A stretch of DNA of 25,079 bases from an uncultured Chloroflexia bacterium (lineage in GTDB: Bacteria; Chloroflexota; Limnocylindria; Limnocylindrales; CSP1-4). Both the position numbers and the translations under genes were made by a program. Position 1 is the stretch's first letter. The number at the start of each line of letters is the position of its first letter. The notes below the pieces were generated by a model. That model saw only the letters and a list, made by a program, of their open reading frames with translations, was not told the DNA's origin and did no database searches. Location: assembly GCA_963712745.1 (NCBI GenBank), contig CAVQJC010000016.1:1-25079 (forward strand), written 5' to 3'. This document shows, piece by piece, positions 1 to 8,160 of this stretch.

Positions 1-1
1 G

Positions 2-187
2 TCTTCCCCGGACGTCGTCGACAACACGATCGAGGGCAGTATCACCGGGGTCTCGGTCGCCGGCGAGGAGTCGGCGCCGTCGTTCTCCGGGAACGAGCTC
101 TGTGGGACGACCAGGTCTGTGTCGGTCTCGGACGGTGCGATGGCGCCGGGACTCGAGCGGGCTTGGGGACTGCACGTCGTACGGTGA
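2..187 (+). CDS. C-terminal end of a probable parallel beta-helix (PbH1/NosD-like) repeat protein, 5' end outside the window
   Basis: Open frame from base 2: SSPDVVDNTIEGSITGVSVAGEESAPSFSGNELCG..., with 'P-x-V-x-x-N-T-I' and 'S-G-N-x-L' beta-helix-like repeats; TGA at 185-187. The exact C-terminus may be affected by an indel. Confidence 0.45.
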   Translation, partial: SSPDVVDNTIEGSITGVSVAGEESAPSFSGNELCGTTRSVSVSDGAMAPGLERAWGLHVVR

Positions 188-336
188 ACGGCCCCGAGTG
201 GGCGAGACAGTTCCGAGGTGTAGTCGAGTGGTCGCGTGGCGCGAGCTGGGGCGTGCGCAACCAGCCGGCGCGGCGCGATTAGCTAGTCGGTAGGCGCCGA
301 GGCCGGATCATTCGGCGCCCACACACCTCAACCGCA

Positions 337-374
337 CGCGACGGGACCCCCGCCGAGGCAAGGGTCCCGTCGCG
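337..374 (-). terminator. 13-bp perfect hairpin, likely terminator between convergent genes
   Basis: CGCGACGGGACCC (337-349) / GGGTCCCGTCGCG (362-374), just downstream of the inferred true stop of the minus-strand gene. Confidence 0.7.
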
Positions 375-395
375 GTCTGGTTCCTCCCCTTGTCG

Positions 396-915
396 CTAGT
401 CGAGGTTCCGGAAGTGACCTTGTAGGGGTAGGACACGTCGTCGGGGTCATCGACGTCGTCCCGGAAGTCCAGACGGCCACTGACACCTTCGAAGACGCCC
501 GTGCCGCTACCTTCGACGATCGGGTGCTTGCAGAACCCGAAGCTACTCCGTTGCCCGAGGCAAGGTCGACTTCGCGTGGAAGTGTCCATCATGCGGAACG
601 TCCCTTCGCGTCCGTGGTAGGTGCCGACGAAGGTCTCGGCGGCACGCTCCTTGTAGACGCCGCTCGGTCCTGGGCCCTGGTAGCTGGTGACCACCCCGTA
701 TACACAACCCACGAGGTCGCCCGTCATGACGATGGCGTAGTGCGCGCTGCCACCGGGTGGTGCATTGCACTCGCCGTCGCCAGGTGGGTAGTTGGTCCCA
801 GGAAGGACCTGGTTCGCCCCGTTCCCTCCTGCGCTTGCCGGCACGGCCATGACCATGGCGAGGAGCAGCGCGCCTCCCAGGGTCGTCACCCTCTGGACAA
901 TCGATCGCTCGTCAC
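396..915 (-). CDS. Secreted hypothetical beta-rich protein (possibly DUF3224/allene-oxide-cyclase-like barrel), frameshifted
   Basis: Signal peptide LGGALLLAMVMAVPASA and a 'GSGTGVFEGVSGRLDF' motif. A GTG at 915 follows GAGAGG. Restoring single homopolymer bases gives a clean N-terminus and a C-terminus YPYKGHFRNLD* before the hairpin. Confidence 0.6.
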
Positions 916-1272
916 GAAACCTATCCTCTCACCCCCCTTCGAGCGCCTCGGACACCGCCCCCCTGGGCGCTCCCAGGGAATAGAGACGCCCGCGACACGA
1001 TGGGTTCCATCTTCTTGGGCTTGAGGGACGGCGGGAGTCTCTAGCTGGGCCAAGCGTGTCCGCGTCGCACCAAGGCGGGCGCCACTTCGCCGACCCGGAC
1101 GCACTCCGCCCAGAGCGGTGGCCCGAGGCGCGGAACGCCGGCTGCCATGCGGAGCCCTACCTCAGGGGGCTGACCATCGAGCGATGAGAGGCCGGCCGGT
1201 CTCGCCCGACGATCGGCACCCCCCGAAGCATGTCCACCTTGCTTCAGACGATAACGTTCAGCCCATAACAAG

Positions 1273-1295
1273 GCCCTCACCGCATCGGTGAGGGC
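1273..1295. terminator. 10-bp perfect hairpin inside repeat copy 1
   Basis: GCCCTCACCG-CAT-CGGTGAGGGC; followed by CTTGTTAT on the minus strand. Confidence 0.65.
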
Positions 1296-1333
1296 TCTTC
1301 CTCGTGCAGCACCTACGCCGCATTCCTTTGGAC

Positions 1334-1374
1334 GCATGTCAAGCAAGTGCTCTAACCAGCTGAGCTAGCCGCCC
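1334..1374 (-). tRNA. 5' half only of tRNA-Val(GAC) (tRNA fragment)
   Basis: Minus strand GGGCGGC-TA-GCTC-AGCTGGTTA-GAGC-A-CTTGC-TT-GAC-AT-GC: acceptor 5' strand, intact D-arm and anticodon GAC, then non-tRNA sequence. No T-arm or acceptor 3' strand was seen in the window. Confidence 0.9.
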
Positions 1375-1384
1375 GAGTCGTCAC

Positions 1385-1413
1385 ACGATACCAGAGGCTC
1401 ACCGGGCCGTCAC
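1385..1413 (-). promoter_or_regulatory. sigma70-like promoter for the tRNA half
   Basis: GTGACG (1408-1413), 17 bp, TATCGT (1385-1390) with an extended -10 TG; 10 nt upstream of tRNA base 1. Confidence 0.65.
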
Positions 1414-1588
1414 TCGCGGGACGATGGTGAGTCGTGGTCAAGGCCGGGAAGGCTTGGTGCGGCCAGTCTGATCGGGGCGAGAGGGGTATCGCCAGCTTGG
1501 CCCACCTCCGATTCCGGTCTCGATTCGTGCTCGAGAACGCGAGTCCGGCGGCGAGATCGTGGCCCACCGCGTACCGGAAGGCTGGCTG

Positions 1589-1846
1589 ATGACCAACCAG
1601 CGGCCGACCCGCCGGCAGCTCGAGGTCCTGCGCGCGTACATCCGGGCTGGCTCCGTGGCGGCTGCGGCGCACGAACCGCAGCTGTCCGAGACGACGGTCC
1701 GTCAGCATCTCTCGGGGCTCTACCGCCGGACCGGCTGCCTCAATGCTGCCCAGGCGGCCTTCCACTTGGGCCGAGGCGACCTCGACGGGGTGACGCTGCG
1801 GACGTCTGAGGCGAGGGCGACCGGCTCGGGCGCGCCGCGCAGGTAG
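1589..1846 (+). CDS. Small solo LuxR/GerE-type helix-turn-helix protein
   Basis: MTNQRPTRRQLEVLRAYIRAGSVAAAAHEPQLSETTVRQHLSGLYRRTGCLNAAQAA matches the LuxR C-terminal pattern (T-x-R-x-x-E-V-L...SE-x-TV-x-x-H). The true stop may be near 1793 if a G is spurious. Confidence 0.75.
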   Translation: MTNQRPTRRQLEVLRAYIRAGSVAAAAHEPQLSETTVRQHLSGLYRRTGCLNAAQAAFHLGRGDLDGVTLRTSEARATGSGAPRR

Positions 1847-2452
1847 CGGTACACCAGCGCCGCCGCGATCGCCCCGACGACCGGACCGACGAGGTAGAGC
1901 CAGATGGCCGTAAGGTCGGCGCTCACGATGGCAGGGCCGAGCGAGCGGGCCGGGTTCATGGAGGCCCCGCTGATCGGTCCGCCGACGAGCGCTCCGAGCG
2001 CGACGGTGCCGCCGATGGCGAGGGCTGCCGCCTCCCCACCGTGCGGGTGTCGGTGGCGACCGCGGTGATGACGAGCATGAGGAAGAAGGTGAGGAGCGCC
2101 TCCCAGGCCAGCGACTGGAGCTCGCCGCCCGACGGCTGCGTGAGGCCGAGGTCGGCACCGTCACCCAGCGAGATGCGCAGCACGAGCGCGCCGAGCGTGG
2201 CACCGGTCACCTGGGCCACGCCGTAGGTCGCGACCCGCGACCACGGGAAGTGGCGACCGACCGCGAAGCCCACCGAGACCGCCGGGTTGAAGTGGGCCCC
2301 GCTGATGTGCCCGAGGGCGTAGATCATGACCGCGATGACGAGCCCGAAGGCGAGCGGCACCGCGGGCTGCCCAGCTGGCCGACCGCGATGGCGCCACAGC
2401 CGAAGAAGACGAGCGCGAAGGTGCCGAGCGCCTCGGCGAGGTGGGCCCTCAC
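1720..2452 (-). CDS. MIP family aquaporin/aquaglyceroporin (arsenite-channel context), frameshifted
   Basis: AEALGTFALVFFGCG, HISGAHFNPAVS and GASMNPARSLGPA (both NPA motifs) spread over three frames. The GTG start overlaps the upstream TGA. Confidence 0.88.
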
Positions 2453-3293
2453 CCGGCGATGACGCTGCCGACGGGCAGGCCCGCGGTCCGCCGCGCGATC
2501 TCGATGAACGGGCCGCAGGCGCTGCGTCAGCTCCTGGCGCGTCCGACGGAAGGCGGCGAGCTTCTGCTCGTCGCGTGCCCTCGACCTCGGCGGGGTCCTC
2601 GAGGCCCCAGTGGAGCGAGCTCGTCGAACCCGGGAAGACGGGGCAGGCCTGGCGGGCGCGGTCGCAGACGGTGATGACGTAGTCGAAGGGCTGCTCGAGG
2701 AAGGGCGCGAGCGCCTTGGACTCCGCACCGGACCAGTCGATGCCGACCTCGGCGAGGACCCGCACGGCGTACGGGTTGACACCCTTGGGCTCGGTACCGG
2801 CGGACTCGACCTCGAAGTCGGCCCCACCGAGATGCGTGAGCAGCGCCTGGCCGATCTGGCTGCGGGCCGAGTTGCCGGTGCACACGAAGAGCACGCGGAT
2901 GGGGTGGTCGGTCATCGTGGTCTCCCTGGTGGGCCGCGCGACCCGGCCCGCGGCTTCGATGGTCAGCTCGAGGTCGGTGAGCTCGGCGTCGAGCCGCTCG
3001 AGGTCGTCGCGCTGGCGCGCGAGGGCCGCCCGCTGCGCAGCGATGAGCGGGGCCAGGTCGAGGTCGACGGCACCCTGTTCCAGGCACAGCCGCGCCAGTC
3101 GCCCGGCGTCCTCGGGCCCGAGGCCGAGGCGGCGCAACGTGACCACCAGGCGCAGCCTGGCGAGGTCGACCTCGCGGTACTCGCGGTAGCCGTTGTCACC
3201 GCGCTCAGGGGCGGGCAGGACCCCGACCTGCTCGTACCAACGCACGGCGCTAGGCGCGACTCCGGCACGGCGAGCGAGTTCGGCGATCCTCAT
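2449..3293 (-). CDS. arsC: MerR-family HTH fused to thioredoxin-type (LMW-PTP fold) arsenate reductase; indels near the 3' end
   Basis: N-terminal MRIAELARRAGVAPSAVRWYEQVGVL...NGYREY (MerR). C-terminal VLFVCTGNSARSQ, ITVCDRARQACP and HWGLEDP (ArsC). The tail continues DEQKLAAFRRTR...FIEIARR...IAG* to a stop at 2449. Confidence 0.88.
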
Positions 3294-3299
3294 GACGGG

Positions 3300-3330
3300 A
3301 CCGTATACCTTCGAGTGACTCGAAGGTCAA
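3300..3330 (-). promoter_or_regulatory. MerR-type promoter/operator with 19-bp spacer, leaderless transcript
   Basis: TTGACC (3325-3330), 19 bp, TACGGT (3300-3305). Perfect dyad ACCTTCGAGT-G-ACTCGAAGGT (3307-3327). The ATG is 6 nt after the -10 and has no RBS. Confidence 0.85.
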
Positions 3331-3420
3331 GGGCTCCCCGGCGAGTTACGCCTGGCCAGGTGGGCTGGACCCCTGGCCCGCCCGAGAGGGCCAGTCGGCC
3401 CTGTGACTCCTCATCGGCTG

Positions 3421-3460
3421 ATGTCACATCGTTGATGAGACATCAATCGTTGGGGATGAT
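3421..3460 (+). promoter_or_regulatory. Putative ArsR operator upstream of the + strand ars operon
   Basis: AT-richer patch with overlapping dyads ATGTCACATC/GATGAGACAT (9/10) and TTGATG-AGA-CATCAA, just before ATG 3463. Confidence 0.5.
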
Positions 3461-3462
3461 CG

Positions 3463-3687
3463 ATGCACTGCCATGAATGCGCCCGGATGGGAGCAGAGCG
3501 GATGGCCGTCGCCATCTGCCGGTCCTGCTCGGTGGCCCTGTGCAAGGACCATCTCGTCGCGTCGTTCTACAGCGACCGGGTGCCGCAGTATGGATGCGAC
3601 CACCAACCCGATCGGCCCTTCCCCGCGCCGCGCGCTGCGGTCCACTCGATGGCCGGGTCGGTCGCCGGCCGGGACGGCTCGGCATGA
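3463..3687 (+). CDS. Small Cys-rich protein, DUF2180-like
   Basis: MHCHEC...AVAICRSCSVALCKDHL (CxxC, CxxC, CxxH). The stop overlaps the next ATG (ATGA). Confidence 0.72.
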   Translation: MHCHECARMGAERMAVAICRSCSVALCKDHLVASFYSDRVPQYGCDHQPDRPFPAPRAAVHSMAGSVAGRDGSA

Positions 3688-4205
3688 CCACGACGGGCGA
3701 GCCGGCCGTGCGCATCGGGACCGTGCGCCCCAAGCACCCCGCCGCGCCGGTGTACCTGCTCGACGTCCACGCGGTCCGTGGTGGGCGGACGCGTGCTGAC
3801 GGTGCGCTCTGGGATGGCGTCCTCAACGCCACCCCGGACGACACGAACGACGCGCCCTCGCCCATCGAGGCGTTCATGGCCGCGCTCGCGGGCTGTCTCG
3901 TGCGCAACCTGCGCTCGATGGCCGACGGCCGTCGCATCACGCTCGAGCGGGCCGACCTCCACCTCGCGGCGACCCGCTCGGACGACCCACCCGCCGTGAC
4001 CTCGCTCATCGTCGACCTCGACGTCGTCGCGGACGCCGAGCCGGAGCGCGTCCGACGGGTGGTCGAGCAGGCGCTCCGCTACGGGACCATCACGCGGACG
4101 CTTCACCGGGCCTGCCCGCTCGTCATCAACCTGTCCATCGACGGCGAGCCCGCCCTCGACGTCGAAGCCCTCCTCACCATGAACGCCATCGGAGATGACC
4201 AGTGA
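3684..4205 (+). CDS. OsmC/Ohr-like family protein
   Basis: PSPIEAFMAALAGCL motif and 'ALRYGTITRTL' at the usual second-Cys position; translationally coupled at both ends. Confidence 0.75.
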   Translation: MTTTGEPAVRIGTVRPKHPAAPVYLLDVHAVRGGRTRADGALWDGVLNATPDDTNDAPSPIEAFMAALAGCLVRNLRSMADGRRITLERADLHLAATRSDDPPAVTSLIVDLDVVADAEPERVRRVVEQALRYGTITRTLHRACPLVINLSIDGEPALDVEALLTMNAIGDDQ

Positions 4206-5327
4206 CCGCCAGCCGCCTGCTCGCGAAGCTCGAGGACTTCCGCCTGCTGCCGATCTTCGTCATCCTCAGCATGGCCATCGGCATCGCCATCGGCAAGCTG
4301 CTCTCGATCTTCGGACTTCGAGCTGACCCCGCCCATCGACGCCCTCAAGGCCATGGCGGACGGCACGTTCGAGCTCTCGGTCGCGAGCGCCATCAGCCTG
4401 GGCGTGCCCATCGGCCTGTTCATGATGATGTACCCGGCCATGACCAACGTCCGCCTGGGCGAGGTCGGCACGGCCTTCCGCTCGCCGCGGCAGCTGGCTG
4501 TCGTGCTCTTCTTCAACTTCGCGGTCGCGCCGTTCCTGATGCTGCTGCTGGCCGACATCTTCGTCAGCGACCCGGAGCTGCACACCGGCCTCGTGCTGTA
4601 TGGCCTCGCGCCCTGCATCGCGATGGTCATCATCTTCACCTACCTGGCCAAGGGCAACGTGCCCATGGCCCTCGTCTTCGTGGCCGTGAACTCCGTCCTG
4701 CAGATGCTGCTCATCCCGGTCTATGCGCGCCTGCTCATCGGCAACGTCGAGTTCGACGTCCTCGTCGTGGGCCAGAGCGTGCTGCTCTACCTGGGCCTGC
4801 CGCTGGTGCTGGGCGTGCTCACGCGCATCCTCGTCGTGCGAAGGGGCGGCGAAGCGGCGATGGACCGCCTGAAGCCGGGCTTGAACGCCCTGTCGATCGT
4901 GGGCCTGCTGTTCACGCTCATCGTGATGTTCTCGCTAAAGGGCGACCTCATCCTCGAGCAGCCGGGCATCGTGCTCGAGATGGCCATCCCGATGACCATC
5001 TTCTTCGCGGTCATGTTCTTCCTCGTCCTCTACATCGGCTCGCGCCTGCACTTCAGCTACGAGGACGGTGTGGCGGTGGCCTTCAACGCCACCGGGCGCG
5101 ACTTCGAGATCGCCATCGCCATCGCCATTACGGCCTTCAGCCCGACGGTCGCCCTGGCCACCGTGGTGGGCCCGCTCATCGAGGTGCCGGTCATGCTGTT
5201 CCTGGTGTGGGCCGCGACCCGCCTGGCGCCCCGCTGGTTCGGGACGACGGTCCGCGACCGGCTGGACACCACGGTCGGCGCAGTCACGAGTGAGACGCCA
5301 GCGACCGATCCGAAGGTGGCCCACTGA
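4202..5327 (+). CDS. acr3: Acr3 family arsenite efflux permease (frameshift near 4312)
   Basis: IGLFMMMYP, GLAPCIAMV, RDFEIAIAIAI and GPLIEVPVML motifs. The N-terminus lies in a different frame from GTG 4202. Confidence 0.92.
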
Positions 5328-5659
5328 TGGCGACGAGGACCGAGCTCCCGGTCGTGCCCGAGCTTCGGTTCGACCTGCCCCGACCCGACGTCAGCGAAGC
5401 AGCACGAGTGGCGGCGCTGTGCGGCGAGCCCGTCCGCGCCGGCATCCTCGCTATCCTGCGCGACGGACCCCACTGCGTCTGCGAGATGGCGGCCGCGCTC
5501 GATGAACGCCAGAACAACGTCAGCAACCACCTCGCCAAGCTGCGCGAGGCCGGGCTCGTCCGGACCAGCCGGCACAAGGTCGATGCGCGCTGGGTCTACT
5601 ACGAGCGCGACGAGGCGGCCATCGCCGCAGCTGCTGAGGCATTGGCCGCGGTCCTCTGA
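5327..5659 (+). CDS. arsR: ArsR/SmtB metalloregulator
   Basis: HCVCEM alpha3 Cys motif, VSNHLAKLREAGLV and RWVYY. Confidence 0.92.
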   Translation: MATRTELPVVPELRFDLPRPDVSEAARVAALCGEPVRAGILAILRDGPHCVCEMAAALDERQNNVSNHLAKLREAGLVRTSRHKVDARWVYYERDEAAIAAAAEALAAVL

Positions 5660-6708
5660 TGGGCACCCTCACCCTCCATCGCCACGAACTGCCCTTCTGG
5701 CCCACGGCCGCCCTCGCCGCGCTCGCCTGGCTCATCGCCTGGTTCGCAGCCTGGCCCTTCAGCCAGTGGGTCGCGTTCGACCTGCTCGGCCTCGAGCACG
5801 GCAGCTCGCTCGGCGAAGCGGTGGCCTTCTTCCTCTACGACGTGCCCAAGGTGCTGCTGCTCCTGCTGGGCATCGTCACGGTCGTCAGCTTCCTGCGCTC
5901 GTACGTGCCGCCCGAGCGGGTCCGTTCCGCGCTCGCGGGCAGGAACGTGGTCGGGGGCACCGTGGCCGCCGCGCTCTTCGGCATCATCACGCCCTTCTGC
6001 TCCTGCTCGGCGGTCCCGCTCTTCATCGGCTTCCTGCAGGCCGGCATCCCGATCGGGGTCACGCTCGCCTTCCTCATCAGCTCCCCGCTGGTGAACGAGG
6101 TCGCGCTGGTCCTGCTGTGGGGCCTGTTCGGCTGGCAGATCGCATTCATCTATATGGTCGCGGGCCTGTCGATCGCCATCGTGGGCGGACTGATCCTTGG
6201 CCGACTGCCGCTCGAGGGCTTCCTCCAGCCCTGGGTGCAGGACATCCGTGGTGCCGGTGGCGGCGCCGAGGTCGTGGAGGTCAAGCCCTCGACCGAGGAG
6301 CGGCTGCGCGAGGCCTGGGGCTCGACCCGCGACCTCGTGCGCAAGGTCTGGCCCTGGGTCGTCATCGGCATCGGCGTCGGCGCCTTCATCCACGGCTTCG
6401 TACCCACCGACGTCATCGTCGACATCGGCGGGGCCGACAACCCGTTTGCCGTCCCGCTCGTGACCGTCCTGGCCGTGCCCCTCTACGCGGGCGCCGCCGG
6501 GGTCATCCCCATCGTCGAAGCGCTCCTCGACAAGGGCCTGCCGCTGGGCACCGTGCTGGCCTTCATGATGGCCACCGTCGCCATCAGCCTGCCCGAGTTC
6601 CTCATCCTCCGGCGCGTCGCCCGCCTGCCACTGCTGGCCATCTTCCTGGGTGTCGTGGTCAGCGGCATCCTCGCGGTCGGCTACCTCTTCAACGCCCTCG
6701 GTATGTGA
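5659..6708 (+). CDS. arsP: DUF318 permease (ArsP-like organoarsenical efflux)
   Basis: FFLYDVPK, TPFCSCSAVPLFIGF, FLISSPLVNE and GTVLAFMMA...SLPE. Confidence 0.88.
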   Translation: MGTLTLHRHELPFWPTAALAALAWLIAWFAAWPFSQWVAFDLLGLEHGSSLGEAVAFFLYDVPKVLLLLLGIVTVVSFLRSYVPPERVRSALAGRNVVGGTVAAALFGIITPFCSCSAVPLFIGFLQAGIPIGVTLAFLISSPLVNEVALVLLWGLFGWQIAFIYMVAGLSIAIVGGLILGRLPLEGFLQPWVQDIRGAGGGAEVVEVKPSTEERLREAWGSTRDLVRKVWPWVVIGIGVGAFIHGFVPTDVIVDIGGADNPFAVPLVTVLAVPLYAGAAGVIPIVEALLDKGLPLGTVLAFMMATVAISLPEFLILRRVARLPLLAIFLGVVVSGILAVGYLFNALGM

Positions 6709-6736
6709 TGCCCGCAGCATCGAAAGGAGAACCCTC

Positions 6737-6976
6737 ATGGTGAAGATCGAAGTGCTCGGCTCCGGCTGTGCCAACTGCAAGGCCGTCGAGGCCAACGCTC
6801 GCGAGGCCGTGAACATGGCCGGCATCGAGGCGGAGATCGTGAAGGTCACCGACTACGCCGAGATCGCCTCGCGTGGCGTGATGACCACGCCGGGCCTGGT
6901 CATCGACGGTCAGGTCCGCTCGACCGGCCGCGTCCCGTCGGCCGGTGACATCGCCGAGTGGCTCGTCGCGTCCTGA
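6737..6976 (+). CDS. Small thioredoxin-like redox protein (MTH895-type)
   Basis: KIEVLGSGCANC...GVMTTPGLVIDG; RBS GAAAGGAG. Confidence 0.9.
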   Translation: MVKIEVLGSGCANCKAVEANAREAVNMAGIEAEIVKVTDYAEIASRGVMTTPGLVIDGQVRSTGRVPSAGDIAEWLVAS

Positions 6977-7013
6977 GCCGACGCGACACGCAGGAAGGAA
7001 AGGAGGTCCGATC

Positions 7014-7283
7014 ATGACGGACACCAAGACCGCGCTCGACAGCACCACTGTCACGCCGGTCATCAGCCACTGGATCGATGGACACCCCGTGGAGGTGCTC
7101 CCTGAGCAGACCGGCCCGGTGTACGACCCCGCGACCGGCCAGGTCGTCGCGCGGGTGCCGCGCGGCGGCGCCAGCGAGGTCGACCGCGCCGTGGCTGCCG
7201 CCGCGGCGGCCTTCCCGGCCTGGCGCGACACGCCGCTCATCGCGCGCAGCCAGATCTTCTTCGCCTTCCGCGAGCTGGTGTAG
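7014..7283 (+). pseudogene. N-terminal 89-aa fragment of an aldehyde dehydrogenase (methylmalonate-semialdehyde dehydrogenase-like)
   Basis: Strong RBS AAGGAGG. ISHWIDG...PVYDPATGQV...EVDRAVAAAAAAFPAWRDTPLIARSQIFFAFRELV then TAG; no continuation seen in other frames. Confidence 0.85.
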
Positions 7284-7374
7284 TGGCTGGGCTCATCCAT
7301 CTCGGACCACACTGCACGCTGCGGCAGCCCAAGGGGATCGTCGAGGTCTTCGCTCGCTCGGTCCCAGCCTGGTC

Positions 7375-7818
7375 TCAGGCGGGAGCCTCCGCGAGACGCT
7401 TGAGGTTGGCAAGTACCTCGGTGCCGGTCTTGCGGGCGCTGCGAGCCGCGAACCAGCCGATGAGCTTGCCGATCGGGCCATAGGGGAACTCGATGCGATC
7501 GTTGAAGGTGAAGCGACTGCCCGCATCGACAGCCTCGATGACCCAGCGCTCGTCGTAGCTCTTGAAGAAGTCGCTGCGCACCTGGCGGAAGCCGAACGCG
7601 AACGGAGGTTGCCACTCGGTCGTCTCGAAGTCGATGGTGTAAGTCCGGCCGGACGCTTCCTCGTCCCAGGTGAACGTGGAGCCCACCCCGCCCGGCTCGC
7701 TCGTCCAGTCGTACCGCTTGAGCGCCGTGAACCACTGCATGGCCTTGTCGGGTTCGACAAGGAACTCCCAGACACGCTCGGGTGGCGCCTTGATATCGAC
7801 TGACATCGTCACAAACAT
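7375..7818 (-). CDS. SRPBCC (START/polyketide cyclase-like) family protein
   Basis: SVDIKAPPERVWEFL...GVGSTF...LANLKRLAE; RBS GGAAGGGAG. Confidence 0.85.
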   Translation of the reverse strand: MFVTMSVDIKAPPERVWEFLVEPDKAMQWFTALKRYDWTSEPGGVGSTFTWDEEASGRTYTIDFETTEWQPPFAFGFRQVRSDFFKSYDERWVIEAVDAGSRFTFNDRIEFPYGPIGKLIGWFAARSARKTGTEVLANLKRLAEAPA

Positions 7819-8160
7819 GGGCGATCTCCCTTCCTTCTCCGAGTGCCCATCATGACCGGGCATGCAAGCGGATCAGGCCGGGGAGACGCGCCGGTCGTGC
7901 TCGAGGACGTGACCGGCCGACTCGGATCCGGCGGGTCGACAGGCTGAAGGCTGGCTGAGGCGAAGCAGCACCCGACCCGGCGCCAGCTCGAGGGACGCGC
8001 CAGCACGGCGCAGAGGTCGGGCCACGGTAGCAGCGGCGACTCCAGTGCGACGATGGCGTCGGTCCCTCCTTGGCGAGCGACGGCCAAGAGGGTCAGGAAC
8101 CATGGCATGCTGGCTATCGACGATCAGTCCGCGATGGCCTCAGCGAAGGGAGAACGATCG

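Larger units (their letters stand above)
1243..1379. repeat. Direct repeat copy 1 (att-like: arm, hairpin and 5' half tRNA-Val)
   Basis: 129/137 identical, ungapped, to 15231-15367. Weaker shared blocks lie further left: GCATGTCCA at 1228-1236 and CCGGCCGGTCT at 1192-1202. Confidence 0.95.

Noticed and set aside
1243-1374. Intron-containing or permuted tRNA-Val
   Set aside because: No 3' exon (T-arm GTTCRA, acceptor GCCGCCC) was found nearby, there is no GTGCG group II start or group I core, and the break is after position ~40 rather than at a known intron site.
1720-1846. Functional 127-bp antisense overlap of the HTH and aquaporin genes
   Set aside because: Both tails are non-conserved extensions, and one fewer G at ~1790 would stop the HTH at ~1793; likely error or junction read-through.
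1956-3293. 445-aa MerR-ArsC-aquaporin triple fusion in the ORF track
   Set aside because: The linker is out-of-frame nonsense. ArsC's own tail and stop (2449) and the aquaporin's own GTG (2452) are present in other frames, so this is an indel artefact.
5502-6849. Long alternative-frame and antisense ORFs (e.g. 5502-6743, 5599-6849, 13552-14520)
   Set aside because: Shadow ORFs expected at high GC, overlapping well-supported genes, with Arg/Pro/Ala-biased translations.
7870-8100. Possible gene remnant between the SRPBCC genes
   Set aside because: No recognisable family motif in any frame.
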